Shown here piece by piece: positions 1 through 10,337 of a stretch of 44,583 nt of DNA. The position numbers and the translations under genes are program-made. Every line of letters begins with the position of its first letter. The stretch's first letter is position 1. The stretch lies in IMG/VR virus record IMGVR_UViG_3300034894_000031, positions 1 through 44,583 of that record; one strand, written 5' to 3'. Source of the DNA: a virus. Its lineage: Duplodnaviria > Caudoviricetes. The notes beneath the pieces are model-generated. The model saw only the letters and a program-made list of their open reading frames with translations, made no database searches and was not told the origin of the DNA.

Positions 1-127
1 AACCTATGCTCTAAAATGAAAAACAAGAAATCGATGAAGAAAGATTTAAAGTCAAAACCGAAAACCACAGTTCCCCGGTATTTGCCTTATTGTCCAAAAT
101 GCCACCTATGGATTGATACGTGGAAAG
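1..127. repeat. Terminal direct repeat, left copy (circular contig overlap)
   Basis: 1-127 is identical to 44457-44583; 127 is a common assembler k-mer size. Confidence 0.97.
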
Positions 128-264
128 ATCCAAGGAAGGTTTTGAATTTTTGTGAGGGATGCGGAACGGAACTTATAAAAGAAAGTGAATGTAAAATTTG
201 TGGATTAGCTATTGATGGACAATGGAAATTCTGTAGAAATTGCGGAGTTGAAATAGTTCGTTAA
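16..264 (+). CDS. Double zinc-ribbon protein
   Basis: Four CxxC pairs (CPKC, CEGC, CKIC, CRNC), with the FCxxCG signature twice. Confidence 0.8.
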   Translation: MKNKKSMKKDLKSKPKTTVPRYLPYCPKCHLWIDTWKDPRKVLNFCEGCGTELIKESECKICGLAIDGQWKFCRNCGVEIVR

Positions 265-276
265 GGCGGTGAAATT

Positions 277-3200
277 ATGCCGATCAAGAATATTATTGAT
301 CCTGATATCCGGAGATCTCTCAAATCTAAATATCTTCCGCCGGATACTGATGAAAATGGCAACCCTATTGATACAAGTCAGCAAAGTGTAAGCCCAAAAG
401 AAGAAAAGTTAATTCCAATAAACGAGTCGGGCATACCTATACCTGAATGGAATGTTGGTAAAGGTCCATTAATCGGAGCCGGTGCAGTACGAATTGGTAA
501 ATCTGAAGAACAACCTAGTGCACAGCCTGCACCAGGTGAAGAACAATTGCCTCCTGAAAAGCCTGAAGACTTTCAGGATATGGACAAGGCGATCAAGTAT
601 TCTCTTGACCATGGTTTGCCTGAACCGAAATCAATTGCCGAATTCAAACAGAATATTACTTATTTGCCGCCCTATACCTTGACCGAAGAGCAACATGGCA
701 TCCTTCAGGACGCGATTCCGATAACCGAATGGAACGCTCAGGCGGCTTATTGGGCAGGGATTCCGCTTTCAGTCATCCAAGAGGCCATCAGGCTGGGCGG
801 TGCAAATATCGGCCGGCTGGGGTATGCCCCGAATCCAGGCGATCTTAAGGTATTTTTTAATCAGGTTAGAGTTTCTTTTGCCAATTCTGAACGTTTGAAT
901 ATCGCTGGCATAAATCCTGAAGACCTTACAAAATTAATTCAGGCTGACTATGATGCCCGGTTAAAGGCCGGGATTGCCGTCCAGGGTGGCGGTTCAAACT
1001 TCCAGCTTATCACCGTCGATTCCAATATCATCCAGGAAGGCACTCAGTTTTTCCGGGTGTCTGGGAGCTGGGAAATTGACCCGGTCACTCAGGAAAGTAC
1101 ATTTTTCCCAGATGGCAAGTATAAGGTCCCGGTGCTTCCCACAAATATTGAAGGCATTGAGGGTGAGATTCCCAAACTCATAAAGCCAGCGACAGTGGGT
1201 GCACAGGTCAGGCCTCAATTGCCCACCGGCTTCACCTATGGTGCCATGGACAACACTTTCATTTCGCCGGGCGGCAAGATTTACCAGGCCAAAGATGACG
1301 CTGAATTCAAAGAGATGTTGCAGGTCATCGGCGTCAATATGCCATCCCTCGAGTACGTGCCGCCGGCCTTCATGCCCGATTTTTATACATTCGATGAGTT
1401 ACAGGACTTTGAAAACACTGGCAAAAAAGAAACTGCCTTCCGCGGCCTGGTCCAGATGACCGAGCGCGGTATTATAACACCGCAAGATGCACTGGCTTAC
1501 CAGGCCGGAGAGATTTCCCTGTCGCAACTTAACGACAAGACCGGCGGTGCCTTTGCTGTGAAGACCGAGAAGCCGATCCCTGTACCGGTGCCCGAGAACC
1601 TTAAAAAGATAGAGGCTGAGGTCAGGCAGAACCCGACTCAGTTCTATGAATTGCTCCAACAAAACGGGCGTACCATTGAAACCGAAAGCCTTCTCCACTG
1701 GCTTGGCGCTACCGATGACGAAATTGCCAAGATTTATCCGGGACAGCCGAAACAACCGACTGTTTATGACGACCTCGAAACAAACTTCGAAGCCGTCGAT
1801 ATTATTGAACTTGGTGAGAAGCTGAAAGCTCTCGACATCCATGGCGACAAGAAAGATGTGGCTCAGGTATTCAGGACATGTGGCGTCGAACCGGCGCTGA
1901 TTACCGCTTATCTCAACGGCGAGAAAACCGGCGTCGACGTGGCTCTCGAGCATATGCAGAGCGGCAATACCCTCACGTTTGATTGGAATCCCTTGGATCT
2001 CTTAGCTGAGGGCGATAGATGGTGGGCGGCGATGGTTACTACCATGGCTCTGAATCATACCTTCGTCAACAATCTCATTGAAGACCAATTGGCCACGCTG
2101 ACCCCAGACGAGCGGCGCAAAATTGCGCCGGCATATGGCCACGAAAACGGCTGGCATATTTCCTATGCGCCCGGTGCCCTGTTTATTTCAGATAACCCGG
2201 CCTATGATGACTTCGTCAAGAAGTTGAACGATGCCTTCCTTGGTTGGGACAAGAGCGATACCAGTTTCATCCCGTCGGCCTTGCGTTCCCTCAACCTGCA
2301 AAACCCGATGGTTATGAGAGCCCGGTACGACGCCTGGAAATCAGGACCAGGCATCAAAGGTTTTGGTGAAGTGGTAAATCCCGTCTATCTCATCCCGATT
2401 GGGAAGGGCGTGAAATTCGCCCTCGAAGGTCTGGGTTTTCTTAGCAAAGCGACCAAGCTGACAAGGACATCGGCGGTCATTGAAAAACTGGCCGGCAAGG
2501 TTCCCCATGATTTGAATATCGGCGACGCCCTCGCAGCGCCGCTCAGTTATCCGCTCAGGAAGGCCGGTGGCAAAGCGGCCAAGGCAATAATGCCCAAGAT
2601 CGCAAAGAGGCTGAATATCATCATCCCGGATCCCACCAAACTTAAACTGACCGATATCATCAGCGAATTGAATACCCGGTTTAAGGGTAGAATCAAAGGC
2701 GATGCTGTCACCAAGATTGCCAAGACTGCCAAAATAGTCAAGGCCAATTACGACGACCTGGCCGCTGGTGCCATCGATATGACCAGAAGCCGGCTGAATA
2801 ATATTGGCAATCTCAAGAAGATGATGGGCGTGAACGCCGACGGGTTCGTCGACAACACTCGAGTCATCCTCAGTCCGCCTTCGCCGTCGACATTGGATGA
2901 GACGTTCTTGCGCCTCGAGGACCTTGTAAAGAGCAACCGTCTGGCTCCCGGCGACGTCATTGAAAACCATCGCTATTTCGATTTCATTGACCCCAAGGTG
3001 GAAGAGTGGATCGACACGGCCATGCATGTGCAGAATACCATGGCTGACTTTGCCGATAAATATGACATCAAGATTCACCGCCGGGTTTATTCCGGTCTAC
3101 GTGAGTTTTTCACCCGCCGGGTGACTGGCGTCAAAGGCCTGGCCGATAACCAGATAAGGCGCACTGGCACCTATGTGGCATCCCTTACCGGGAAAGCCGG

Positions 3201-6200
3201 TGCCGAGAAACAAAGGTTTATTGACATGATGGTCGACGGTATTGACCGTTATGATTATGATGACCCTCTCGAGGCCTTGCTTGCTTACCAGGAAGGCATC
3301 TACAGACGCATCGGCAATGTCCAGGCCACCCGTATACTCGAGACCATGTCCAGACATCCCGGAAGCGAAACCCACCTAGGGCAGTTCGCTAAGTGGCTCG
3401 GTGCCGATGCTGACACGGCACTGGTGAAAGCCAAACAGGCGGTCGCCATCATTCAACGGTTGAAGAGAGGCGAGGTTCTCTCCGGGTCCACTAGGACTGC
3501 ATTGAAGAGAACATTACCTGAGCTTTCAGATCTGCTCGATGAGGCGCTGTCCTATAACAAAGAGAGTTTCCAGAAACTTATTTCCTCGATCAGCAATGAC
3601 ATGTGGGCCCGGCTCAAGGTGAAACCAGAAGAGTTTCTGGCCAAACTTGATATAGTCCGGAACGGCGTCCCGGTGGCCAAAGATAACCCGGTCACCATCG
3701 CCCAGATAAAAAAGGCTATCGGGCTTCTAACCAAAGACCAGTTTATGGTCCAGAAGATTACCAAACATATTTACAGCCGGGCATATGAGGTCATGGACTT
3801 GAAGCAAAAGCAGACGGTCGACCTCATGCTCGAGGAAGCCAAGAAGGTTCTGGGCGAGGCAAAGGTCACCCGCAACGCCGCGGCCGCACAGAAAAAGAAG
3901 ATCATGGACTATCTCAACCATGTCGGACTCACCGACGCCCGGAGTCCTGAGACCGGTCAGATCTTCGCCGACATCAAAATCGACGGGCGTGAATTTACCG
4001 GGGCGGAGATCGAGAACGCCGTGGCTAAGGCCTTCAATGAGAAAGTGGAAAGCTGGGCAAAAGGCCTGAGCACCCTGTCACGCGGCTTTGTCACAGTGGA
4101 AGCATCCCTCGACTTCTCAGCTCCCATGATTCAGGGTTTGTTCGCGCTTGGTCAGGATGTCCGGATGTGGCTCCATGGAAAACCGAGTGCTATCTGGGCA
4201 AAGTCATTCGGGATGCATATCGCTTCCATGTTCGACCCGAATGTGACCGCCGCCTTCCGGACGAGGTATAAGTCGATCTACGATGAGTTTATTCCTCAAG
4301 GCATGATAACCGGGCAGAGTGGTACCGAGTTCTATGAAGCCTCGAGTAAAATCGGCCGGGCACTGGCACATGCGCCGACGGCCTTGAAGATACCGGCCAC
4401 CATAGTTAACACCGTATTTGGCCGGGCGAGTTTCGGTTTCAGTTCATTTGGTGAGATGGTCCGCGTCATGGGAATTTCCAGTATGGAAGATGCCTGGCGC
4501 GCTTCCGGCAAGAATCAAAAGGAGCTGGCGAATCTCTGGAATATTATGACCGGCGTGGTGTCGACGAGAGCAATGGGAGTTAGCGCGCAGCAGAGAGCAG
4601 TTGAAAGTTTTGCTTTATTCGCCCCGCGATATCTCCGCAGTCAACTTATTGTTCTGGGAAATCTCTTCTCCCGGGGCGCTACAGCCAATGAAATCAGAAA
4701 GATCGTTGGCCTTTCAATGATGGCCTGGACCGGCGTCTACGTCATAATGTCGGTGTTCAACGATCAGGATCCCCATCTTAACCCAGCACCGGAAGAGCTT
4801 GGCGGTGATGGTAGCAAGTTCATGAAGCTCAATATCAACGGTACATGGGTGGGGTTGCCGGGCTTTTTCACCATGATGAGAAATGTAGTCAGCATAGTGG
4901 CTAACCTCAGCACGGCACCAGGACGGTTCGCTAAGGTCGATTGGGACAAATTCGACATGAATCAGGACATCATGAATGACCCGTTGGTTCGGGATTCTCT
5001 GAGGATGCCTTTCAGCAAAAGTTCCCCGCTCATCAACCTGACAAAAGAAATAATGACGGGCAGGGACTTTCTCGGGCGCCGGCTGGACAGCGTTGAGGAT
5101 TGGGGTATCGACATTCTCCAAAAGGTGATGCCGATAATGGCTCAGAATCTGGTCACCAGAGACAAACCGGCCACGCCCCTTGAGTTTGCTACCCAGCTAT
5201 TCGGCCTGAATTCATACGCTCAAACCGAGATGGAAATCTTCAACAATGCCGCCTACCCTGCAGTTATGGAGATGATGGACGAACTTGACCTCACTCCACA
5301 GCAAAGGGAAGCATTGGACAAAGGCATCGACAAGTTCAACTGGTATGTTCTGGGTGACCTTTCCCAGCGGAAAATTCTCCAGGTGCACCCTGAGCTCAAA
5401 ACTCTTCTGGATACCGCCGAGGTCGAGCGCCAGCAATGGAGTTCTGCCGAGTGGGTTCAATACAATGCCGGTCGGGACAGGATAAAGAAAGACCGTGACG
5501 CCCGAGATATCGAACAGATCAAATTTCTCCAGGACGCCGCAAAAAAAGATTTCACCACGAAGGAATTCCGGGATATGGTCAGCAAGTCCCATGAAACCGC
5601 CTGGAATGAATCCCAGAACGAACAAAAGCAACCTTATTTCGTCAATGTGGTCGGTCCTCAGTTTGACAGGAGCCTTGCCAAAAAGAAGGACCAGGGCTTC
5701 CTCGAGGACTTCGATATAGCTCTGGACGAATGGTGGAATTATGTTCTCAATGATGAGGGCATAACCGGCCTCACCGATGAGGAACGTTTCAATGCCCGGC
5801 AAGACCGGATAGACAAGTTCATAAAGAAATACGGCAAGCCGACATACGATCAGATCCAGACGATTACCAACGAGAAGATGAAGGACGTCGACCCCTTGCT
5901 TTACAAACTGGCTCAGGACAAATTGAAACTCCAAGCCTATTGGGACTTGGTTGACGCCTATGGCAATGCTGACCGGACGTCTCGAGAGGCCTACCGCCAA
6001 GACCCGGCGAATAAAGAGGTCGAGGCTATCCTGTTGTTCTGGGGATATAATGCCGACGCCAAGAATCCCGACGCTGTTGAACTGGTAAAACAATGGCAAA
6101 AGGAATTCAATATCCCGGACAAAGGCATCGGGGTATTCAGCAAGACACTGGTGCCCATCAAGGCCGCTGACATTTACAAGATTACCCAGAAGGAATGGGA

Positions 6201-6543
6201 CGAATACAACGGCATCGACACAAAGTTCACCCGGGATGACCAGAAGGAATATGCCCGGTGGCAATTCAGGCTTGCCCATCCCGGCTTCAATGCCTTCATG
6301 ATGACCGAGAAAGGAATGCAAGACGCCCGGTTGAAGGTCATGAATCCGCCTGAGTCTGATGAGTTTCTCAAGCTTTACGCCCAATATGAAAAACTGAGGA
6401 ATGCCGATGGTTCCGCGGACCTCAAGAAGAGAAAGCAGTTCCGCGAGACTCATCCTTCATTTGACCGTGACGGTGTCACTTTCGGATACTGGCAAATAAC
6501 TTTGAAGACTGCTCTCAATCTGCCTGGATTCAAAGGCAAATAA
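277..6543 (+). CDS. Giant 2088-aa protein, probable internal virion/DNA-ejection (large polyvalent-type) protein
   Basis: Long, apparently helical ORF in the head module; segment SPLINLTKEIMTGRDFLGRRL resembles LPD38-like regions; GGTGA RBS. Function is inferred. Confidence 0.6.
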   Translation: MPIKNIIDPDIRRSLKSKYLPPDTDENGNPIDTSQQSVSPKEEKLIPINESGIPIPEWNVGKGPLIGAGAVRIGKSEEQPSAQPAPGEEQLPPEKPEDFQDMDKAIKYSLDHGLPEPKSIAEFKQNITYLPPYTLTEEQHGILQDAIPITEWNAQAAYWAGIPLSVIQEAIRLGGANIGRLGYAPNPGDLKVFFNQVRVSFANSERLNIAGINPEDLTKLIQADYDARLKAGIAVQGGGSNFQLITVDSNIIQEGTQFFRVSGSWEIDPVTQESTFFPDGKYKVPVLPTNIEGIEGEIPKLIKPATVGAQVRPQLPTGFTYGAMDNTFISPGGKIYQAKDDAEFKEMLQVIGVNMPSLEYVPPAFMPDFYTFDELQDFENTGKKETAFRGLVQMTERGIITPQDALAYQAGEISLSQLNDKTGGAFAVKTEKPIPVPVPENLKKIEAEVRQNPTQFYELLQQNGRTIETESLLHWLGATDDEIAKIYPGQPKQPTVYDDLETNFEAVDIIELGEKLKALDIHGDKKDVAQVFRTCGVEPALITAYLNGEKTGVDVALEHMQSGNTLTFDWNPLDLLAEGDRWWAAMVTTMALNHTFVNNLIEDQLATLTPDERRKIAPAYGHENGWHISYAPGALFISDNPAYDDFVKKLNDAFLGWDKSDTSFIPSALRSLNLQNPMVMRARYDAWKSGPGIKGFGEVVNPVYLIPIGKGVKFALEGLGFLSKATKLTRTSAVIEKLAGKVPHDLNIGDALAAPLSYPLRKAGGKAAKAIMPKIAKRLNIIIPDPTKLKLTDIISELNTRFKGRIKGDAVTKIAKTAKIVKANYDDLAAGAIDMTRSRLNNIGNLKKMMGVNADGFVDNTRVILSPPSPSTLDETFLRLEDLVKSNRLAPGDVIENHRYFDFIDPKVEEWIDTAMHVQNTMADFADKYDIKIHRRVYSGLREFFTRRVTGVKGLADNQIRRTGTYVASLTGKAGAEKQRFIDMMVDGIDRYDYDDPLEALLAYQEGIYRRIGNVQATRILETMSRHPGSETHLGQFAKWLGADADTALVKAKQAVAIIQRLKRGEVLSGSTRTALKRTLPELSDLLDEALSYNKESFQKLISSISNDMWARLKVKPEEFLAKLDIVRNGVPVAKDNPVTIAQIKKAIGLLTKDQFMVQKITKHIYSRAYEVMDLKQKQTVDLMLEEAKKVLGEAKVTRNAAAAQKKKIMDYLNHVGLTDARSPETGQIFADIKIDGREFTGAEIENAVAKAFNEKVESWAKGLSTLSRGFVTVEASLDFSAPMIQGLFALGQDVRMWLHGKPSAIWAKSFGMHIASMFDPNVTAAFRTRYKSIYDEFIPQGMITGQSGTEFYEASSKIGRALAHAPTALKIPATIVNTVFGRASFGFSSFGEMVRVMGISSMEDAWRASGKNQKELANLWNIMTGVVSTRAMGVSAQQRAVESFALFAPRYLRSQLIVLGNLFSRGATANEIRKIVGLSMMAWTGVYVIMSVFNDQDPHLNPAPEELGGDGSKFMKLNINGTWVGLPGFFTMMRNVVSIVANLSTAPGRFAKVDWDKFDMNQDIMNDPLVRDSLRMPFSKSSPLINLTKEIMTGRDFLGRRLDSVEDWGIDILQKVMPIMAQNLVTRDKPATPLEFATQLFGLNSYAQTEMEIFNNAAYPAVMEMMDELDLTPQQREALDKGIDKFNWYVLGDLSQRKILQVHPELKTLLDTAEVERQQWSSAEWVQYNAGRDRIKKDRDARDIEQIKFLQDAAKKDFTTKEFRDMVSKSHETAWNESQNEQKQPYFVNVVGPQFDRSLAKKKDQGFLEDFDIALDEWWNYVLNDEGITGLTDEERFNARQDRIDKFIKKYGKPTYDQIQTITNEKMKDVDPLLYKLAQDKLKLQAYWDLVDAYGNADRTSREAYRQDPANKEVEAILLFWGYNADAKNPDAVELVKQWQKEFNIPDKGIGVFSKTLVPIKAADIYKITQKEWDEYNGIDTKFTRDDQKEYARWQFRLAHPGFNAFMMTEKGMQDARLKVMNPPESDEFLKLYAQYEKLRNADGSADLKKRKQFRETHPSFDRDGVTFGYWQITLKTALNLPGFKGK

Positions 6544-6555
6544 ACAGGGGCAAGC

Positions 6556-6585
6556 TTGACAACTGCCGGCATGTTTATGTAGATT
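6556..6585 (+). promoter_or_regulatory. Sigma70-like promoter for the scaffold/capsid operon
   Basis: TTGACA-18 bp-TAGATT in the intergenic gap. Confidence 0.55.
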
Positions 6586-6636
6586 GTTTTTGTAAGCGGT
6601 AAGTCGAACCGCACAAATAAGTTAAAGGAGTTCATA

Positions 6637-7350
6637 ATGGACGGAGACGGAAAACAGGTAGGGCTTCCCGGCAACGGCGGAACCCCATCTGCTGCAACCG
6701 ACACCCCTTCAGGAAAACCCGAAGACGAGAAGATCACCTTAACTCAGGCTGAATTAAATCAGCGCATTGAGGAAGCTGCCAATCAGCGGCATTCAAAGCT
6801 GGATAGCAAGATAGCCGCATTGACTGGCGAGAATGAATCCCTCAAAAACACCGTGGCCATCAAAGACACCGCAATTACACAGGCAGAACAAAGGGCGCGA
6901 GATCTGGAAATCAAAGCGGCTGGCGAGAATCCTGAAATTGTGAATGTCATCAAGGCCAGGCATGCGCTGGAAGACAAGCAAAGAGAAATCGATGCTAAAA
7001 CAGCCAGGTTTGAGGCAGAGAAAAAGAGCCATACTGATCGACTCTCAACTGCTAACGCAGTGTTACTCGATCAGGAAGCCGATAAATTTCTCTCCGACAA
7101 CAAGTTAACAGGTGAAAAGGCCAAGGCAGTCAGATCCAATCTTCTCAAATTCGGCGGTGACACTCCGGAGAAAATCAGAGAGTATGGTAATTCTTTGGTT
7201 GTTTCGGGGTTCATTACAAATATAGGGGCAGGTTCTCCACCGGCGCCGCGACCTGGCGGAACCGGACCGGGGAACACAGGCGGCGGACAGCCAAAGACAA
7301 CAGACGATTTAGTCAAAGACCTACTCTCTAACGCATCTAAAAAAGAATAG
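6637..7350 (+). CDS. Capsid scaffolding protein
   Basis: Directly upstream of the MCP; disordered N-terminus, coiled-coil core, Pro/Gly-rich C-terminal tail; AAGGAG RBS. Confidence 0.75.
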   Translation: MDGDGKQVGLPGNGGTPSAATDTPSGKPEDEKITLTQAELNQRIEEAANQRHSKLDSKIAALTGENESLKNTVAIKDTAITQAEQRARDLEIKAAGENPEIVNVIKARHALEDKQREIDAKTARFEAEKKSHTDRLSTANAVLLDQEADKFLSDNKLTGEKAKAVRSNLLKFGGDTPEKIREYGNSLVVSGFITNIGAGSPPAPRPGGTGPGNTGGGQPKTTDDLVKDLLSNASKKE

Positions 7351-7370
7351 ATTTTTAGGGAGTAATTCAC

Positions 7371-8420
7371 ATGGTTGATACCCTACATTGGGCTTCGGTG
7401 GCGGAGAAGCAAAAACTCGCCACCGAAATGCTTATTCCGGGTGTCATCGAAACCGATATCAAGCGTGAAAATCCTATTGCACGTTTGCCCGGCGGCCTGG
7501 TAACAGGTACCAAGATCAGATACAACCGCGAAAAGACAGTCCTGGATGGAGATGTGAAGCGGTTTAGCTCTGGCGGCGAAACAACCGTCTGGACAAACGA
7601 CATGGAGCACACTTCGGTCGAAGCAACCACCAAGAAATGCTATATTGCCAGGCTCGTTGATAACGAGGATTTGGTAAGGTATGGAACCTGGTTTAACGCC
7701 AAGCAATCCGCCACCAAGTCGGCGATTAAGGGCATTGACAGAGCGCTCGGCGACCGGTTGATATACGATGACACCACATACGGTGGCACTGACCAGTGGG
7801 ATGGCTGGCATGCGCTGGCCGCAGAAAACTATGGCACCGACTTCTCTGGTCTGAATATAGATCAGAATGGCCCCCTGTCCCTGTTCAATCTCCGCACACT
7901 CATCAATCTCATGAAGCATGGGATAGACGCCTTCTACATGCCGGCTTGTATTGCTCTGAGGATTGACGCGGCATATGAGGAAGCTGGCCTTGCCAGGTTC
8001 GCCACTGCCACTGCTGGTCCTCTCAGCATGATAACCAAGACACCCAATTCTGCCGGCGGTATGACCACGTATTTCGGTGGCATTCCCATTATTCGCACCG
8101 ATTACCTGGCCAAGGAACAGGATAGCACCGGGACCGGCGCCAGTGCCAACGCTCGGGCCAAATGGACTTCGAGCACGGTTACCTATTCCGTTTTCGCCAT
8201 TAAATATGGCAATGTCATTAATGAAGAGCCCGGCATGGGTTTCTTCTACGGCGATCCCAGCATGTCGGGTAAGTTCTACAAGCTGGTGGACTATACCGAC
8301 ATTCCGGAAAAGGTCGATGCACAAGGTATCAAGTTGATATCGTATGCCGTTCCGCTGATGGGCAGTCCCATGGCCATCGGCAGAATCTTCGATGTCACCG
8401 ATGCCGAAGTGGTTTATTAA
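7371..8420 (+). CDS. Major capsid protein (HK97-like fold expected)
   Basis: 349 aa after the scaffold; typical segments (IRYNRE, LIYDD..QWDG, YFGGIPIIRTDYL). Confidence 0.85.
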   Translation: MVDTLHWASVAEKQKLATEMLIPGVIETDIKRENPIARLPGGLVTGTKIRYNREKTVLDGDVKRFSSGGETTVWTNDMEHTSVEATTKKCYIARLVDNEDLVRYGTWFNAKQSATKSAIKGIDRALGDRLIYDDTTYGGTDQWDGWHALAAENYGTDFSGLNIDQNGPLSLFNLRTLINLMKHGIDAFYMPACIALRIDAAYEEAGLARFATATAGPLSMITKTPNSAGGMTTYFGGIPIIRTDYLAKEQDSTGTGASANARAKWTSSTVTYSVFAIKYGNVINEEPGMGFFYGDPSMSGKFYKLVDYTDIPEKVDAQGIKLISYAVPLMGSPMAIGRIFDVTDAEVVY

Positions 8421-8444
8421 TTAGAGTATAGGTAGGTGAATTAA

Positions 8445-9362
8445 ATGACACTTAGCATAGTAAAACACCAGGCTATAATTGATAACCGCAACGGTATGTC
8501 CTTGTGGTTACCGGCCAACATCGTCATGAGTCTGACGGATATCCCGGCGGAACCGGATATCTACGCTCAGTCGTCCAAACAACTTTACCCCCTGGGCACC
8601 AAACTGGAATTTGCCGATGGCAGAGTCTTCCGGTATGGAAAGTTCGGCGCAACTTCTACCAATGTTCCTTTGGCAAGAATGGTCGTCAATGCCAATGCTG
8701 AAGGTGCAGTCACCGGCTATGTGGCCGATGATGGTTTCGAAGGAAACCTGTACGAAGCTGCCCCTGCAGGACAGGAATGGGTAAAACTGTGGACCATCAT
8801 CGCCGCTTCTGGCACCGGCATCCGGACAACTGTCTACGCAAAGAACTTCTTTGAAGACGGTATGCTGGCCATATACCCCGCAGTGGGCGGTCCTTATTGC
8901 GAGATAAGGATTTGTGGCAACGATGAAACAGTGACTCCGTACACCAAGGTTTACCTGGATGCCCCGCTTCCGGTTGCGTTGACCGTTGGTACAACTGGCG
9001 CATATGTAACTACCGGGACATTGACAGCGGCAACGGGTGGCGCCGGCGTGACAGCCTACGCATCCATTTTCAGCCAACTGAAAGATGCTGCTGCTGAAGG
9101 GTCAACATTCGTGTCCGCAATGGGAGTGTTCCTTGGACCGACCTTTACATCCGGTTATTTCGGATGGATCCAGCGCAAGGGTAGAGCAATAATTACGCCT
9201 ACAGCTTACTTCGGCGATACCGCCGATGAAAGAATGGCGCAACTCCATACGGATGGATGTATCGCTCTGAAAGCGGCTCATGGCACTCATACCGTTGGCT
9301 ACCTTACTTCCAGGACTGTGTCCGGGTACGGCGATCTGGAAGTCCAGCTAATGCTCGAATAA
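8445..9362 (+). CDS. Head decoration/cement-like protein
   Basis: Follows the MCP; motifs LGTKLEFADGRVFRYGK and YFGWIQRKG. Confidence 0.6.
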   Translation: MTLSIVKHQAIIDNRNGMSLWLPANIVMSLTDIPAEPDIYAQSSKQLYPLGTKLEFADGRVFRYGKFGATSTNVPLARMVVNANAEGAVTGYVADDGFEGNLYEAAPAGQEWVKLWTIIAASGTGIRTTVYAKNFFEDGMLAIYPAVGGPYCEIRICGNDETVTPYTKVYLDAPLPVALTVGTTGAYVTTGTLTAATGGAGVTAYASIFSQLKDAAAEGSTFVSAMGVFLGPTFTSGYFGWIQRKGRAIITPTAYFGDTADERMAQLHTDGCIALKAAHGTHTVGYLTSRTVSGYGDLEVQLMLE

Positions 9363-9375
9363 GGAGAATTGAAAT

Positions 9376-9486
9376 ATGAGTGAAAAATCAATATTCCCGA
9401 ACGGGCACCCGGCCAGCGGCAAGGATCAAAACGGCAAGCCACACAAACCCGTTGAGGAAGCCGCGCCCAAAGCAAAACCAAAATAA
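9376..9486 (+). CDS. Small 36-aa Lys/Pro-rich protein (MSEKSIFPNGHPASG...)
   Basis: AAGGAG RBS plus ATG; fills the gap; below the ORF-track size cutoff. Confidence 0.6.
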   Translation: MSEKSIFPNGHPASGKDQNGKPHKPVEEAAPKAKPK

Positions 9487-9493
9487 GCAAATA

Positions 9494-9558
9494 GGATAAC
9501 TCCGCCGGGGATCCGGGCAGGTCATCACATACTTGCACCGCCGGCGGAGAATCCTTTT
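9494..9558 (+). terminator. Long GC-rich hairpin with short U-tract after the capsid genes
   Basis: CTCCGCCGG/CCGGCGGAG outer stem, GCAGGT/ACTTGC inner stem, followed by TTTT. Confidence 0.55.
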
Positions 9559-9570
9559 GGGAGACAGATT

Positions 9571-9960
9571 ATGAGTAGAAATGTTCCAGGCGAATGGAAA
9601 CTGGCGCTGATCGATATTGATAGGGCATCTGAGTTCACTGGGGACGATGTCGATCAGTTTTCAAAGATTGTTGATCTGGGCGGATACTTTTCTCACGTAC
9701 AGGTGCATTTGCCGGCTCTGACTTCAGGAGTGGTTTCAGTATACGCCTGTAAGGGGAAAAATTTAGAAGATGCCCAGGCTGAGTCTCCAAAGCAGGTACA
9801 GGCCTTTGACGGCAATGCTACCGGGCATTTTGCCCATGCCACCACTGCTACTGAAGGTGATATCTGGATTACCTTCTTTGTCGGGGCTATCCAATTCTTA
9901 AGGATAAAAGCGGCCGGCAATCAGGCGGCGGACAGAAGCATATACGTTCAGGGGTGTTAA
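9571..9960 (+). CDS. Hypothetical beta-rich virion protein
   Basis: GGGAG RBS; alternating beta-strand pattern; structural module. Confidence 0.6.
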   Translation: MSRNVPGEWKLALIDIDRASEFTGDDVDQFSKIVDLGGYFSHVQVHLPALTSGVVSVYACKGKNLEDAQAESPKQVQAFDGNATGHFAHATTATEGDIWITFFVGAIQFLRIKAAGNQAADRSIYVQGC

Positions 9961-9961
9961 A

Positions 9962-10132
9962 ATGCGAACTGCAGAACAGATTCAATCTGCTTTAAGCGAG
10001 CACACTGACATCGTTGCCAAACTTAATCTCGAAGTTTTCTTGGACATGAGAGAGCTACTTGTTGAGATAAAAGATGCCGTCGATGAGTGTAAAGAAGAAC
10101 TTGTCGAGATAAAAAACAATACTGCCGAGTGA
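9962..10132 (+). CDS. Small 56-aa coiled-coil protein (MRTAEQIQSAL...)
   Basis: GGGGTG RBS; fills the gap; internal LVEIK repeat. Confidence 0.6.
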   Translation: MRTAEQIQSALSEHTDIVAKLNLEVFLDMRELLVEIKDAVDECKEELVEIKNNTAE

Positions 10133-10142
10133 GGATTTAAAA

Positions 10143-10337
10143 ATGCCTGAGAATACACTGATTAAAGATAGCAGTCCAGTCGCTATCCGGAGCTGGATTT
10201 CCATGAAAATAAAGGCCTGTATGGATGAGCCGATGCGCCCCGGGATGACCGATGAGAACAAGAGTAAGATGTGCGCCGCCATTGCATACAGCGAGGCGAG
10301 GAAGGCGACTGGTCAGGATATTGGCGAGGAAGCATAA
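10143..10337 (+). CDS. Hypothetical protein
   Basis: GAGGA RBS; abuts the next gene; AAIAYSEARK helix. Confidence 0.6.
   Translation: MPENTLIKDSSPVAIRSWISMKIKACMDEPMRPGMTDENKSKMCAAIAYSEARKATGQDIGEEA

Noticed and set aside
5212-6453. 413-aa antisense ORF
   Set aside because: Shadow of the giant gene's codon bias; no RBS or motifs recognised.
7383-8324. 313-aa antisense ORF over the capsid gene (and similar ones over terL and portal)
   Set aside because: Antisense shadows of strongly biased genes.
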